Assembly (NCBI GenBank): GCA_964016885.1
Contig: OZ024740.1
Coordinates: 378,448,001-378,512,000, forward strand
Length of the DNA: 64,000 nucleotides
Direction: 5' to 3'
Source of the DNA: Eledone cirrhosa
Lineage: Eukaryota
Made by a program: the position numbers and the translations under genes
Notes under the pieces: model-generated
Seen by the model: only the letters and a program-made list of their open reading frames with translations
What the model was told of the DNA's origin: nothing
The model's database searches: none
Shown: piece by piece, positions 53,253 through 64,000 of the stretch
How the letters are laid out: each line of letters begins with the position of its first letter
How positions within the stretch are numbered: position 1 is the first letter of the stretch

Positions 53253-53384
53253 CTCCCCTGTGAAATCGGAAAAAAATCAACAATGATACCCCACGAAAGA
53301 GAACAAAAAAGAAAAAAAAAAGCTAATCTAAAGGGCTGCCATGCCGGGAGTAAAAATGGCTAAAGATGGGAAATTTCATTAAAC

Positions 53385-53396
53385 GCCGAAATAGCT
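53385..53396 (-). promoter_or_regulatory. Candidate non-canonical primer-binding site, complementary to nt 1-12 of tRNA-Phe(GAA)
   Basis: Element strand AGCTATTTCGGC directly follows the 5' LTR. The + strand GCCGAAATAGCT equals the recalled 5' end of metazoan tRNA-Phe. Confidence 0.55.
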
Positions 53397-53619
53397 TGTA
53401 GCCGGAGGCATTCGGACTTACCTTGCATCTCTCTGGTCCACGTGGGGGTACTGTCCACTTGCGTCTGTCTTCACACGTCTATCACCTTTGAGTGCCTATG
53501 GCTGAGAGGCCCCTGCTGACCGCCTGGTCCCTCGAGTCGCCCCGTCTTCCTGCTTCCGGTTAGGCATCCCCCAACTTCCGGCAGCTCTACACCATCCTCT
53601 ATCTCGCGGCAGCCCCACA
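53397..53619 (-). repeat. 5' LTR
   Basis: TGTGGGGCTGCC...CCGGCTACA on the element strand, upstream of gag. Confidence 0.93.
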
Positions 53620-54294
53620 ATAAGGTTCTTATATAAAATGTTGGAAGATTTTAATTGAAATTAGAAACATTTAAAATGGGTGATTTTATTTCATGGAACC
53701 AGAGCTGGTTGGGTTGATAACAAAAAGGTTAATGTTAAAATATTCATAGCTTGAAGTGTGTTAATGCTTCAGATAATAACAAGAATTTCAGTGATATATA
53801 AACATATTAGTTTCAATTGTAAATTATAAGAAAACTTGAGCTATATAAGCACTTTAATAAACAGTTTAACAGTAATTTTTCTTTGTGTAGGTGGTGGTAG
53901 GATAGAATCCACTCAGTATACACTGGAAAGTGGTTGGTGTTACAAAGAGCATTCAGCCATAGAAACCAGGCCAAAATTTTGAAATGTATAAGGAGGGTAG
54001 TGACTCAGAATAAGAACTGACTTGGACTGTGACAACCCATCCAACGCATACAAGCATGGAAAGTGGACATAAAATTATGGTGATGATGATATATGTGTGT
54101 GTGTAATAAACGTGTCTAAAATATGAAATGAATGAAGAATCTTGCATAACTAATTTAGGTAACAAAACAAAAATATAAAAATCCATATTAATTTTAACAG
54201 AATATGCCAACAATGCTATTGGAATTTTTCTTTATGAATTGTTTATAAATAAATTAATGTTGTAACATGGTTGATAAAGTTAACAAATTACCTG

Positions 54295-54643
54295 TGTGGA
54301 GGCACATGGCTTAGTGGTTAGAGCATTGGCCTTGCAATCAAAAGGTTGTGAGTTCAATTCTCAGACCGGGTGATGTGTTGTTTCCTTGAGCAAGACACTT
54401 TATTTCACATTGCTCCAGTTTACTCAGCTGTAGAAATGAGATGATAGGACTGGGGTCCCTATCATTCCACTGCAAAGTGGACGTGTAGGCGCCACGGAAA
54501 AAAAACACCCAGCACTCACTGTAGATGAGGTTGGTGTTAGGAAGGGCATCCAGCTGTAGAAGTCAAGCCAGAATCAGTTCCCGTCCCACCCTTGCAAGCA
54601 GGGAAAAGCGGACGTAAAAAATTATGATGATGATGATGATGAT
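54295..54643 (+). mobile_element. SINE family B, full length (tRNA head, CORE-like domain, RTE 3' tail)
   Basis: A box TGGCTTAGTGG, B box GAGTTCAATTC and CCTTGAGCAAGACACTT core. 54464-54582 matches the RTE UTR at 43178-43290. (GAT)n tail. Confidence 0.9.
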
Positions 54644-55106
54644 TTAGTAATGCCACATAATTTTCAATGTTCTGGTCTACCTAGTTATAAATAAGTTTCA
54701 CAGAGAGATATATTAAAGTTTCTTGAAGTTTGAGCATGGTAAAACTATTGTTTTGTAAGTTTGTAGTGCTTAATTTCTCTTTTGATTCTGGATTGAAGAG
54801 TAATAAAGTCTGCTAAGGATGTGGAAAGATAAACTGTATGAAGATGAAACCTTCATTAGTGCTTCAACAACCCAATCTATCTATATTATAAAAGAGCTGA
54901 AGGAAAAGAAAAGGTACATAATTAACGAAACAATTAATACCTTAGTCACCAGCCTACTTTTCAATTTATTTTTTAATGCTTTTGATATACTATATAAATG
55001 CAGAGAAAATGTTAACATCTCTCTTCATCAAGGTACAATAGGGTTCTTTTCTGGCAGGTTTATATTCTAAATATGAACTCTTAATGTTCTGTACCACATG
55101 AAGCTG

Positions 55107-55278
55107 CATTAGCAAGACATTCTTGAAAAGTACAAAACAGCATTATGACAAAATCTTATGTAAAATTGAAGTCTTTACTCTAATACTGCAATTTTTTACA
55201 ATCTGTCTACTAGTAAAGATACTATGAACATTTTAATGAACAAATCCATTTTTAAATGTTAAATCATTACAGGGTGTT
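55107..55278 (+). repeat. Unclassified repeat of about 170 bp, with a second diverged copy at 59776-59957
   Basis: Shared CATTAGCAAGACATTCTTGAAAA...TAGTAAAGATACTAT-AACATTT...CCATTTTTA...TTACAGG-TGT. Confidence 0.75.
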
Positions 55279-57099
55279 AATAGTTAACATCCAAACCTAA
55301 ATGTCTTTGGGATTACTAATGCTACATCAGATGATGACATATGTCCTTTAAAATATATAAGTAAAGAGATTTATGCTTTGTGAAGCTTTGAACTAAATGA
55401 ATTGTAAGAAATGAGATGGATATAATGCTTTCCCTGTGAGATATTAAAAATGCAATGTTTCTAATAAAAAAAATAACAATAAATGTGAAAACTTTGTTGT
55501 AACCATCAGTGAAATATATTATTATTCATTTCTAGCAACATTCTTTAGAGACGTTTCTTGAACTATCATCATCATCATACTTCTGCTTTTTATATTGACA
55601 TGGATTGGATAAGCTATCATAGTCTGAGACCAGAAGGGTCAGCATGACCTCATCTTGTTTATATGTTCCATATTTGGCAAGGATTCTATGGTTGGATGGC
55701 TTTTCTTATCCAACCACCTTGCAGGGTTTATTGGTGTTGTTTTTTTCGTGATACCACTACTACCACATTACAAAGTATACTGGGTACTTTTTTGTGGCAC
55801 TGACACTACCACCTTAAGGGGTATATTGGGTGTGCTTTCTCATGGCACCAATACTAGATAGGTTGTCACATGTTTATCCAGCTTGAACAGTCCTCTCTAA
55901 CCTTATATTATTTCTGTTCAGTTACCAACACTGTAGCCTCTGTTCTCTCACTCTGTTTACTTTTATTTCTAGTGTTTCATTGCTTGTAAGTTCCTTTTTT
56001 CTGATATTCTCTAGTGGCTTTTCAGACATATTTAAAGTATATTCTTTACCAAAATATTTGAAATGATTAAAATGTATTTGTTCCTAGGAGTGAAAATGCC
56101 ACAAGTTTTTATGTGTTTTTTTGTCTTTTATCTCTTGTCTTTTTTTTAAGCAGTCAGGTTTCTTTAGAAGATGGAGTGTAACTTACTATATAAAACTGAT
56201 TTTATGCACAACAAACGTTGTTGTTGACAAGAATGTTTAGCATAGAATTGGGTTAACTCAAAACAAAGCCTTCCTCTTAATTTTTTAACTTTCACATCAT
56301 CTGTTTCTGAGATTTATACAAACTTTCAAGTAGCATTGGAATCATTCAGTTAATATAAGCGAAAAAGAAGCCAGTAAGGTAGTTTCTACATAGTTGCTTG
56401 ATTTAGCAACTGAATCATCTCTTACCATTTTAAAAATAGGACTGTGTGTTTTTAGTTTTAAACTTTACAATATATCTGTTATCTTAAGGTTCATTAAAAG
56501 ACTGTTTCTGCAACAGAGGAAGAATGTTCTATCAATAGCTGATATCATCATCACCATCATCATCATCATACGTCCGCTTTTCCCTGCTTGCAAGGGTTGG
56601 ACGGGTCCTATTCAGCACTGCATTGCGTACATTTTATGGAATTTATGCCAGTTCCTTTCCTACATATCTATTGTATTAAAACAGTTCATGTTCCATGTAA
56701 TGTAATATCATGTTCCATTTAAAATTTTGTTAATTTGTTGTCAATGCTACAAGAAGACTTTTGACTGATGAAAAGAAAAATATAATTCAAATCCATACAT
56801 AATATCTAGTTGTTAGATTTTAGGAGTTATTTTCAAACATGAATCATATTCTCTGATTTTATTCCAGTCACACATAAGTTGATAAATTTAACTAACATTT
56901 ATTATACATTTCTATCAATCTTAACTTATAAGATGCACTGATGTATAAGGCATACTCTTATTTGAAGAAAAAGTTTGGGAAAAAAAGTTATAGTAGTATT
57001 TAAAAGATTTTTATTGAACAAAAAATCAACCCGATATTAAAAGAAATATACCATTGTTCTAGTTCAAAAGAGCTCAAAAGAATGATTACTGTATATGCT

Positions 57100-57640
57100 T
57101 TATCATCATCAGCACCATTTTACGTCTGCATGTTCATGCTTGTATGTGTTGATTGGGTCTTTTTCAGCACAGCATCCTTCCACTTGTTGCAGTCCTTTGT
57201 CATCTCCTCTGTGAGTGTTAGTAATTTGAGATTAAATCTCACCCTCTCTGCCCATGTCTTCCTCTACTGCACCTTCCTTCCGCTGGGATTTCATGGCATT
57301 TTTTCATCCATTGCCATCATTGTCCAACATCCTATACACCAATGTCCATACCAGTGCAGTCTTCTTTCTTGCACACTACATCTGATTTCTCTTATACCCA
57401 GTTTTTCTCACAGTTCAACCATGTTTTGTTGTTCACACACATTAACATTGCACATTTATTGAAGCATGCTCACTGCATTTCTCACCAAACTTCGCATATC
57501 ATCTGCATTCATGTTTCAATACTATGCAGCATCGCATATTGCACACATGCTTCATGCAGTTGGTATTTTGTTCAAAGAAAGAAGTCTTTTGTTGTTGTTA
57601 ATAGAGGTTGTAGCTCCTTGAACTTTCTCCTGCCCATAAT
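57100..57640 (-). mobile_element. Old RTE LINE 3' fragment
   Basis: Reverse complement gives degenerate RKFKELQPLL, LREKLGIR and RRLHWYGH, plus an RTE-type tail. Confidence 0.8.
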
Positions 57641-58949
57641 TCATTTTTTTTTATAACTAACATTGGACTAATAATATTCAAATATTGTTAGTGTTAACTA
57701 CTTTTCATCAAGTAATATATTCAAACGAAGTCAATGTTAACAAACCTTAGCAGATATAAATGAAATAAAGTTAAAGTAACAAACAAACAAATAAAACAAA
57801 ACAATGCCTTTTCCAAGGACATATGCAAGTCAATTGATATTGTTTTGTGAAACCAAAATTAGCTCATGAACTTGGCTGAGTAGAAGCTTCTCATTCAATA
57901 CTTAAATAGATTTCTATGATATTTAGGATGGTTACATTAAAGCTGGATTAAAAGCCATTTTTTTGTAAAATGCCATTTATATGCAGCTGTTTAGTATGCT
58001 ATTGAAGTAATTATTTCTGATATTTAGACACATTCTTACTGAAAAGTCATATTTTGCACCAGCAATAAGTGGCTATTGTTGTTAATGTTAGATAACTTAT
58101 GGGTGAGTAGATTTATGACAGAAAAATACCTGATTAATGTTTAGATTTATCATGTTATGTATGATTTTCTTTACTATTTTTACTGATCACTCTGAACTGC
58201 TAAACAACAATTTACCTCAGATAAATTTATGCTTTATATTAATATTGCTATTATTGTTTATTGGTACTATGTTTTATTTATGTCCCTTTTGTACAGTAAT
58301 TTATTCAGGTTATTACTTTTTATATTTATTTACTACTTTACATTATTGTTGCTAATTGTATTGGTGCCTATATTGCTTCTATTTGACACTGTTTTCAACA
58401 TTAGGTTTGCTCTGAGGATTATTAATATTGAAATGAATATATTGATTGCTAACATTTTTCTTTATTTGAAATGTTTCCATGTGTGGATGTAATGTGATGT
58501 ACTAGCTTAATATTTGATATGTCATGTCATATAGTGTTTATCCAAATACTGTTGTAATTGCATGCAAACCTTTATGTTCAGGAGGTTAAATGGACTCAGT
58601 CACATGCAAGCATACAAATAAGTTTAGTATAGCAATGACACCATATCTCCAGGATATCATCAGGAAATGAATTGGTTTAATTCTTTTTGTCATTTGAGAA
58701 CTGTATCTACACCATTTGTTATGTTTGTTTCAGTATTGGTTGTCAAATCACAATCTTTATTAATAGAATCTGGAATATCATTCAAGTCTCATTGGAGAGA
58801 TTTTCTATTTTGTTTACTATCAATGTTTGTGTCATTGTTTATTTTACATGCATGATCTAGTATACTCTATTCACACTTAAGAATCATAAATGTATTATTT
58901 ACTGTTTGTTGTGGTTCAACAATTCTTTTGTATTGATAACAAATCAGAG

Positions 58950-59790
58950 CTGCAATTTCATAGGATAATGTTGATGATTCTATTTGTCTATACATAAAAG
59001 CAGATGGCTTAAAAGCCTCCTTGAGTGAGGGATTGTCTGATAACTCAAAAGCATGTGATTTAAATATGCATTTATAGAATTTTCACATGGGGAATATATT
59101 TTAAACTCGTTTGAACTTTAGTGACAATTTTTTCAGTTGTTTCATTTGATTCTGGATATGGAAGTGTTTTCATAAGTTTACACCCAATCTTAGCAAGATT
59201 ATCAGAAAATTCACAGGCATTTTCAGACACTAATATTCCTAGAACACCCATTTCTGGCAACACACAGTTCTTAATACCTGTCTAACTGTTTCTACTTTTT
59301 TATTCTTATTACTTCTAGGCATCCGGAGTATACATCAATAAATGTTAAGAATTGTCCATCATTTTTTTTGCTAGGTAATACTCTAGCACATATCAAATGT
59401 ATTATTCCACATGTTTACAGTAACCTGGTCATGATACTTCTAATTACAATTGGTGCCCTGTTGCTGTTGAGATATGATGTACATCATTGTGCACAGATTT
59501 TACCATCAATATTCCTTATATTTTTATTGTTTCAATCATCTGAAATTTAGAAATGATCACCAATGAATCAATTGCATTCATTAAGCTTTGGATTACCTGA
59601 CTAAAGATATTATAATACTTCCATATGATGCTCAGATGTTTGTATGCCATCTATGAGTATCATCTTCTGCACTCTGTACTCTGTTTTACCCTACTTCCAA
59701 AATAGATAATGGAACTCATTGGGGAGTTGGTAACTCATCTTTATAAGTCAACTGATTCTTGTGTCTTACTGGACACATTAGCAAGACATT
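58950..59790 (-). mobile_element. Decayed Gypsy integrase/pol remnant
   Basis: FIDVYSGCLE...VLRT..GVLGILVSENACEF...IGCKLMKTLPY-PESNETTEKIV resembles the rve core (VD.YSGWPE, VSDNA.EF, PPYHPQSNG.AER). Boundaries approximate. Confidence 0.7.
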
Positions 59791-61900
59791 CTTGAAAAAT
59801 GCAAATTACCACTATGATTGCATCACATTAAAAATTTAAGTGTTTACTAGTAAACACATCACTGTGAAAATTTGCAGTATTATAGTAAAGATACTATAAA
59901 CATTTGAATTAACAAACCCATTTTTAGATATTTTCTGCTAAAATATTACAGGATGTCCTCAACTATTTAATTATAAATGAAGAGCTACAATTTACTGATG
60001 TAAGAGATAGGAACAATCATTTTATTAGTAGTGATGAATTTAAATATGTCTAGGCAGAAACCAAGATATTTGAAAGCTGAAATAACAGATTCTACTTATA
60101 AACTTGTACTGAAGTATCTGTATTGTAAATTCCTGGCTTAATGTAGGTTTAAAGGTTTAATCAAGAATATTCCAAACTGATCAAGATAGGAATATCTCAC
60201 ATCATAGGTTTGTTTGATCAGGGCTGACATGGGGCTAAACAACAATACAAATGATAAAATTAAGATATTCCTACCCAAATTATGAATTGTTTGAAAACAC
60301 ACAAAGAATAAGAGATTGGATATAAATGTTGTTAATTACTAGCTGACAATGACTTACTAATACTTTTTATTTGAAAATAATTACATTTTACTTTAATTAT
60401 AATATACAGTAAAGGTATATGGAAATATAGTTTTTTCACTGACCCAAGCAGCCAGCAAAACTGCTATGTAGCTTACGGTTGTGATAAAAATATTTTGTTC
60501 CTTGTTATAATCTTCACAAAATGTAAAGAAAGTATCAAATTTCTTGAGGAAAATATATAAAGTGCATAATGAAGCTAAAGAATTTCTGGAAAAAAAGCAA
60601 CAGTAAAACAAATAAAAACCAAAACATAAAAAAAAAAAAGGAGGATAAATAACACATCTATATTTAAGGTTGTTGTTGTTCTGTACTAATCTTAGGAAGA
60701 GGGGCTGAATTTGATTTATATTTAGTCTGGCTGCTATTTTTCCTGAGTATTTTTAAAGCTCAACATCTATTTTCCGACCTTTGTTGCCTATGGAAAAAGT
60801 AAGATAACTGTCTTCAAATAAGTATTAGTTCATTGACTAAAGTTAGTTTAATCCTCATTTATGATTTTTAACAGTCCAGTGAGATGTTAGTGAAGATCCA
60901 AAGCTCCGTAAAGTTTTATCTATTTTATATTTTACTAGATCAATGAACATGGATTTCAGGTAAAGCGGCATGGTTAAGAATTTCACTTCTCAATTATATA
61001 GTTCTGGGTTCAATTCCACTGTGCACCACCTGTGATAGCTCAGATTGACCAAAAGCCTTGTGATTGAAATTTGACAGGCAAAAATTGTGAAGGAGCCTGA
61101 ATACACACACAGCAGGAAAAACCGACATTAAAGGATGATGATAATGATGTGTGTGCGTGTTTTTCTGAGTGAGAAGCACAAAATAGGTGCATCAAACAAA
61201 AACAACTTGCAATATTAAGTTTTGTCTGAGTTACGTCCTTTTACATCTTGGCCAATTAGCCCTTTGTTCTTTATGAGATAAATAGAATAGGTAGCAGACA
61301 AAACTTCTCACTGAAATCAGTAGAATATAGGAAAGTATATGTTTATATGTATACTAGTGTATTACCTGTCATGTGGCAGATAAAGTTTGGAGTATACATT
61401 TGCCACTGTGGGTAACAGTAGGTAAATAGATCAAACTTTTTCAATGTATTAATAAAGATAAATAGATAATTTCACTACACCTGTAACAGTACAAATATAC
61501 AATAAATACATATCTGTACATGATTAATACTGGTTGAATGAGTATATATACACACTGGTATACAGACATGAAAACATGTCACATTTACATATTTCCCCAT
61601 AGATTGAAAGAATGATGGAAGTTAATATACACTACAATTACAGTTTGTACAAACTCTCAGTAGGGGATAATTATTTGTATATATGTGTGCATACTTTCCA
61701 GCAATCGTCTGTCTCTCTCATTCTTTGCCTACTACTTTGGTCAATATGTATACTCTTCTATCAACAGATGTTAATTCTCTCTCTATCTCTCTTTTACTCT
61801 CTGTTTATATGTTCTAGACTTTTGACATTTTATATCAGAGCAGAACAAAGCAGACTATGTAAAATGTAAAGGTTGAATTGGAATCAAATCAAATTGATTA

Positions 61901-63638
61901 CACCGTGTAACATATTTTTTGTTCCCCGGTTCTAAGTGCCATTTCATGGTTTGATATATCCCATTATTATATAAAAACACTATTATTTAATCAGAAGTTT
62001 GGGTTTGTGGTCAGGAGTTTGATATTTCAAAATTTTCATATTTTTCAAGAAAAAACACATTTAAAAAAAATTTATCAGTTCATATAATTAAATCAACAGA
62101 GTATATATTTATTTTATTACACAAGCTTATCAAAAGCAAACAAGTAAAAACAAATAACACTTATAAAGCAACTTATACACGTCAGAAATGACTGGATTTC
62201 CTGGATTTGCGGTTGTAGTCCAGGTCGCATTCCCGCACTAGCCCCCAGATATAGTCCCCCCATCATTTTTTCATTGTAGTGGCCCTGGTACCTCCACTCT
62301 ATCTCTTTCACATCTTGGTGGAATCGTTCGCCTTGTTCTTCTGAGTAGGCGCCCATATTGTCCTTGAATTCTTCCAGGTGAACGTCCAGCATATGAAGTT
62401 TAAGCAACATCCTGCATCCCATGGCGCCAAAAGCCTTTATCAGATCCTGCACCAGTTGCTGGTAGTTTTCAGCTTTGTAGTTGCCCAGGAAGCCCTTAAC
62501 AACTGCCTTGAAACAGTTCCATTCTATTCTCTCAATCCTATTGAGCTTATTGGAGAACTCGGTAGACTCCAACACCTTCTTTATCTGAGGTCCAACAAAA
62601 ATTCCACCTTCGATTTTGGCCTCAGATAACTTGGGGAAGAACTCAAGAAGGTACTTAAAAGCAGCTGATTCTTAGTTGAGAGCCTTCACAAACTGCCTCA
62701 TCAACCACAACTTAATGTGCAGTGGCGGCATGAGCACAATCCTGGGATCAACCAGTGGATCCCACATGACGTTCCGAGTCCCAACTACAAATTCTGTTTG
62801 CTGCTCCCAGTTCTTTCTTTTGTAGTGGTCAGAGGTGGCTCTGCTGTCCCAAAGGCAGAGGAAGCATTGGAATTTGATAAAGCCTCCTTGGAGTCCAAGC
62901 AGGAAAGCCACCATCTTGAAGTCTCCAATGATTTCTCAATTGTACTGGTTGTATATCAGAGCTTCCAAGAGGATTTTCACACTGTAGTAATCTTCCTTCA
63001 GGCAGACTGAATGAGCTAGGGGCAGTGTCGGGAACTTGTTTCCATTGTGGAGGAGGACAGCCTTCAAACTTGTGGTGGAGCTGTCTATAAATAGGCGCCA
63101 CTCCTTGGGCACAAACAATAACGTCAAACAGTCCAGGCACGTCATGGCAGAAGCAGAGGTCATCCCTAAGAGTGTAAAAGTCCGAGAAAGGTTTGTGTCG
63201 ACTTCTCTGACTTGTCACCTGCACTTCCTCCTTGACCAAGTTCCACTGCTTCATCCTGGAGATGAATGCTTAAAACACAACTTGCCCTTTATTCAGGGTG
63301 CGAAAATCCAGTATCAATAAATCTCTTTAATCCACTTTTTAACAATTTTATACTTTATTGCACTTTTATAATTTTCTTTAGGTATTACTCTTTATTTTAT
63401 AATTTTAATTTAATCTGAAATACATATAAAAAAATCATTTAACATAAGCAAATTAAACTTACATACAACGTAAAATCCAGCATACAAATAATTCTAGTGA
63501 ATAGCTTAGAATTTTTACAAACCCAAACTTTTAACTTTTTAATAGCACTTTTTTTAAAATTTATTTGGGACCTCAGCATCACAAAAAAAGTGATTACAAG
63601 CCAGGAACAGAGAAAAAATTTTTTTTTGTTACACAGTG
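61901..63638 (-). mobile_element. Chapaev3-type (CMC) DNA transposon, internally deleted, both ends intact
   Basis: TIRs CACCGTGTAACA and TGTTACACAGTG. 3-bp TSD TTA at 61898-61900 and 63639-63641. Transposase remnants inside. Confidence 0.85.
62180..63260 (-). pseudogene. Frameshifted DDE transposase (Chapaev3-like), N-terminus missing
   Basis: WRLFIDSS, GDFKMVAFLLGLQGG, CFLCLWDSR, PPLHIKL, KLHMLDVH and SEEQGERFHQD spread across several ORFs. Confidence 0.88.
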
Positions 63639-63714
63639 TTATTAATCAAATGATCATCTTATGTGTATGATAATCTGGAACCCACATTTCTGTAAGAGCA
63701 AAAGAAACTGAAAT

Positions 63715-64000
63715 ACTTTTCTTCTTCGCCCACTTATTCTTGAGAAGGAAGGTCGTGGGGGCAGAGTCTTCAAACACACCTTCCAGTGGGTCCTGCCAGA
63801 AGCAACTGTCTCCAACTGATCTGGTTGGGTCCCCAACCATCTTGCTCGGGGTCCATCCTTGAGTCTTCTGCTGGTTGGTTTTACCTATAGTGTCAGAGCT
63901 ATGATCTCTCAATTCGGAGAAGTGGTGATTCTTCCTGGAGTGACTTGCCGATCTCCGAGCTACGCACTCTATTGAGTAATGTTTCTTCAAAGACCCTTCG
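63715..64000 (-). mobile_element. Decayed 3' end of another RTE-clade (Expander/Rex3-like) LINE, cut by the window end
   Basis: Minus frames VRSSEIGKSLQEESPLLRIERS and LETVASGRTHWKVCLKTLPPRP resemble RTE C-termini (LL.IERSQLRW; W..LL..LPPRP). Confidence 0.6.

Larger units (their letters stand above)
49967..53619 (-). mobile_element. Gypsy-like LTR retrotransposon with two LTRs, decayed and internally deleted
   Basis: TG...CA LTRs at 49967-50201 and 53397-53619, with TSD ATAAG on both sides. Minus-strand gag, protease (ALMDTGC), RT (VRPVLDFRELN, VDLKLAYLQL, YCLTRLGF), RNase H (WCDASS) and integrase (LAVDVTHY, LLMDNSTAF) in PR-RT-RH-IN order. Confidence 0.95.

Noticed and set aside
50028-53286. 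Many + strand ORFs (up to 222 aa) within the LTR element as antisense genes
   Set aside because: Expected by-products of GC-rich antisense sequence, with no recognisable domains.
54300-54372. tRNA-like sequence with A and B boxes (also in SINE families A and C)
   Set aside because: No complete cloverleaf or acceptor stem, and it continues into SINE body and LINE tail.
58137-58492. Hydrophobic ORFs resembling membrane proteins (also 16947-17345 and 38619-38885)
   Set aside because: Translation of T-rich non-coding DNA gives F/L/I-rich peptides. No motifs or splice support.
63632-63638. CACAGTG as a functional V(D)J recombination signal
   Set aside because: It is the transposon TIR, reads CACTGTG inward, and has no clear 12/23-spaced ACAAAAACC nonamer.

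Overview
AT-rich eukaryotic DNA, intergenic or deep intronic, with abundant (TA)n/(TG)n/(GAT)n microsatellites. The repeat content suggests a cephalopod such as Octopus (inference only). I found no convincing host protein-coding exon, and almost every recognisable segment is transposon-derived. LINEs: several RTE-clade copies (three or more subfamilies, (GAT)n tails, PHD-type finger inside the RT), plus CR1-group and CRE-like fragments. Other retroelements: a 5'-truncated Penelope-like element with a GIY-YIG domain and inverted end, a two-LTR Gypsy-like retrotransposon with a 5-bp TSD, a decayed Gypsy integrase remnant, and three or more tRNA-derived SINE families. DNA transposons: a Chapaev3-type element with TIRs and TTA TSD, Tc1/mariner and pogo relics, and hAT and piggyBac-like MITEs. 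Three signals stand out. (1) The LTR element lacks a canonical TGG primer-binding site and instead has 12 nt complementary to the 5' end of tRNA-Phe abutting the LTR, inside a predicted intron. (2) Several foldback elements inserted in (TA)n carry minimal hammerhead-ribozyme motifs. (3) Tandem pseudoknot-like modules with compensatory changes occur in the RTE/SINE 3' tails. All family assignments come from motif recognition without database searches.
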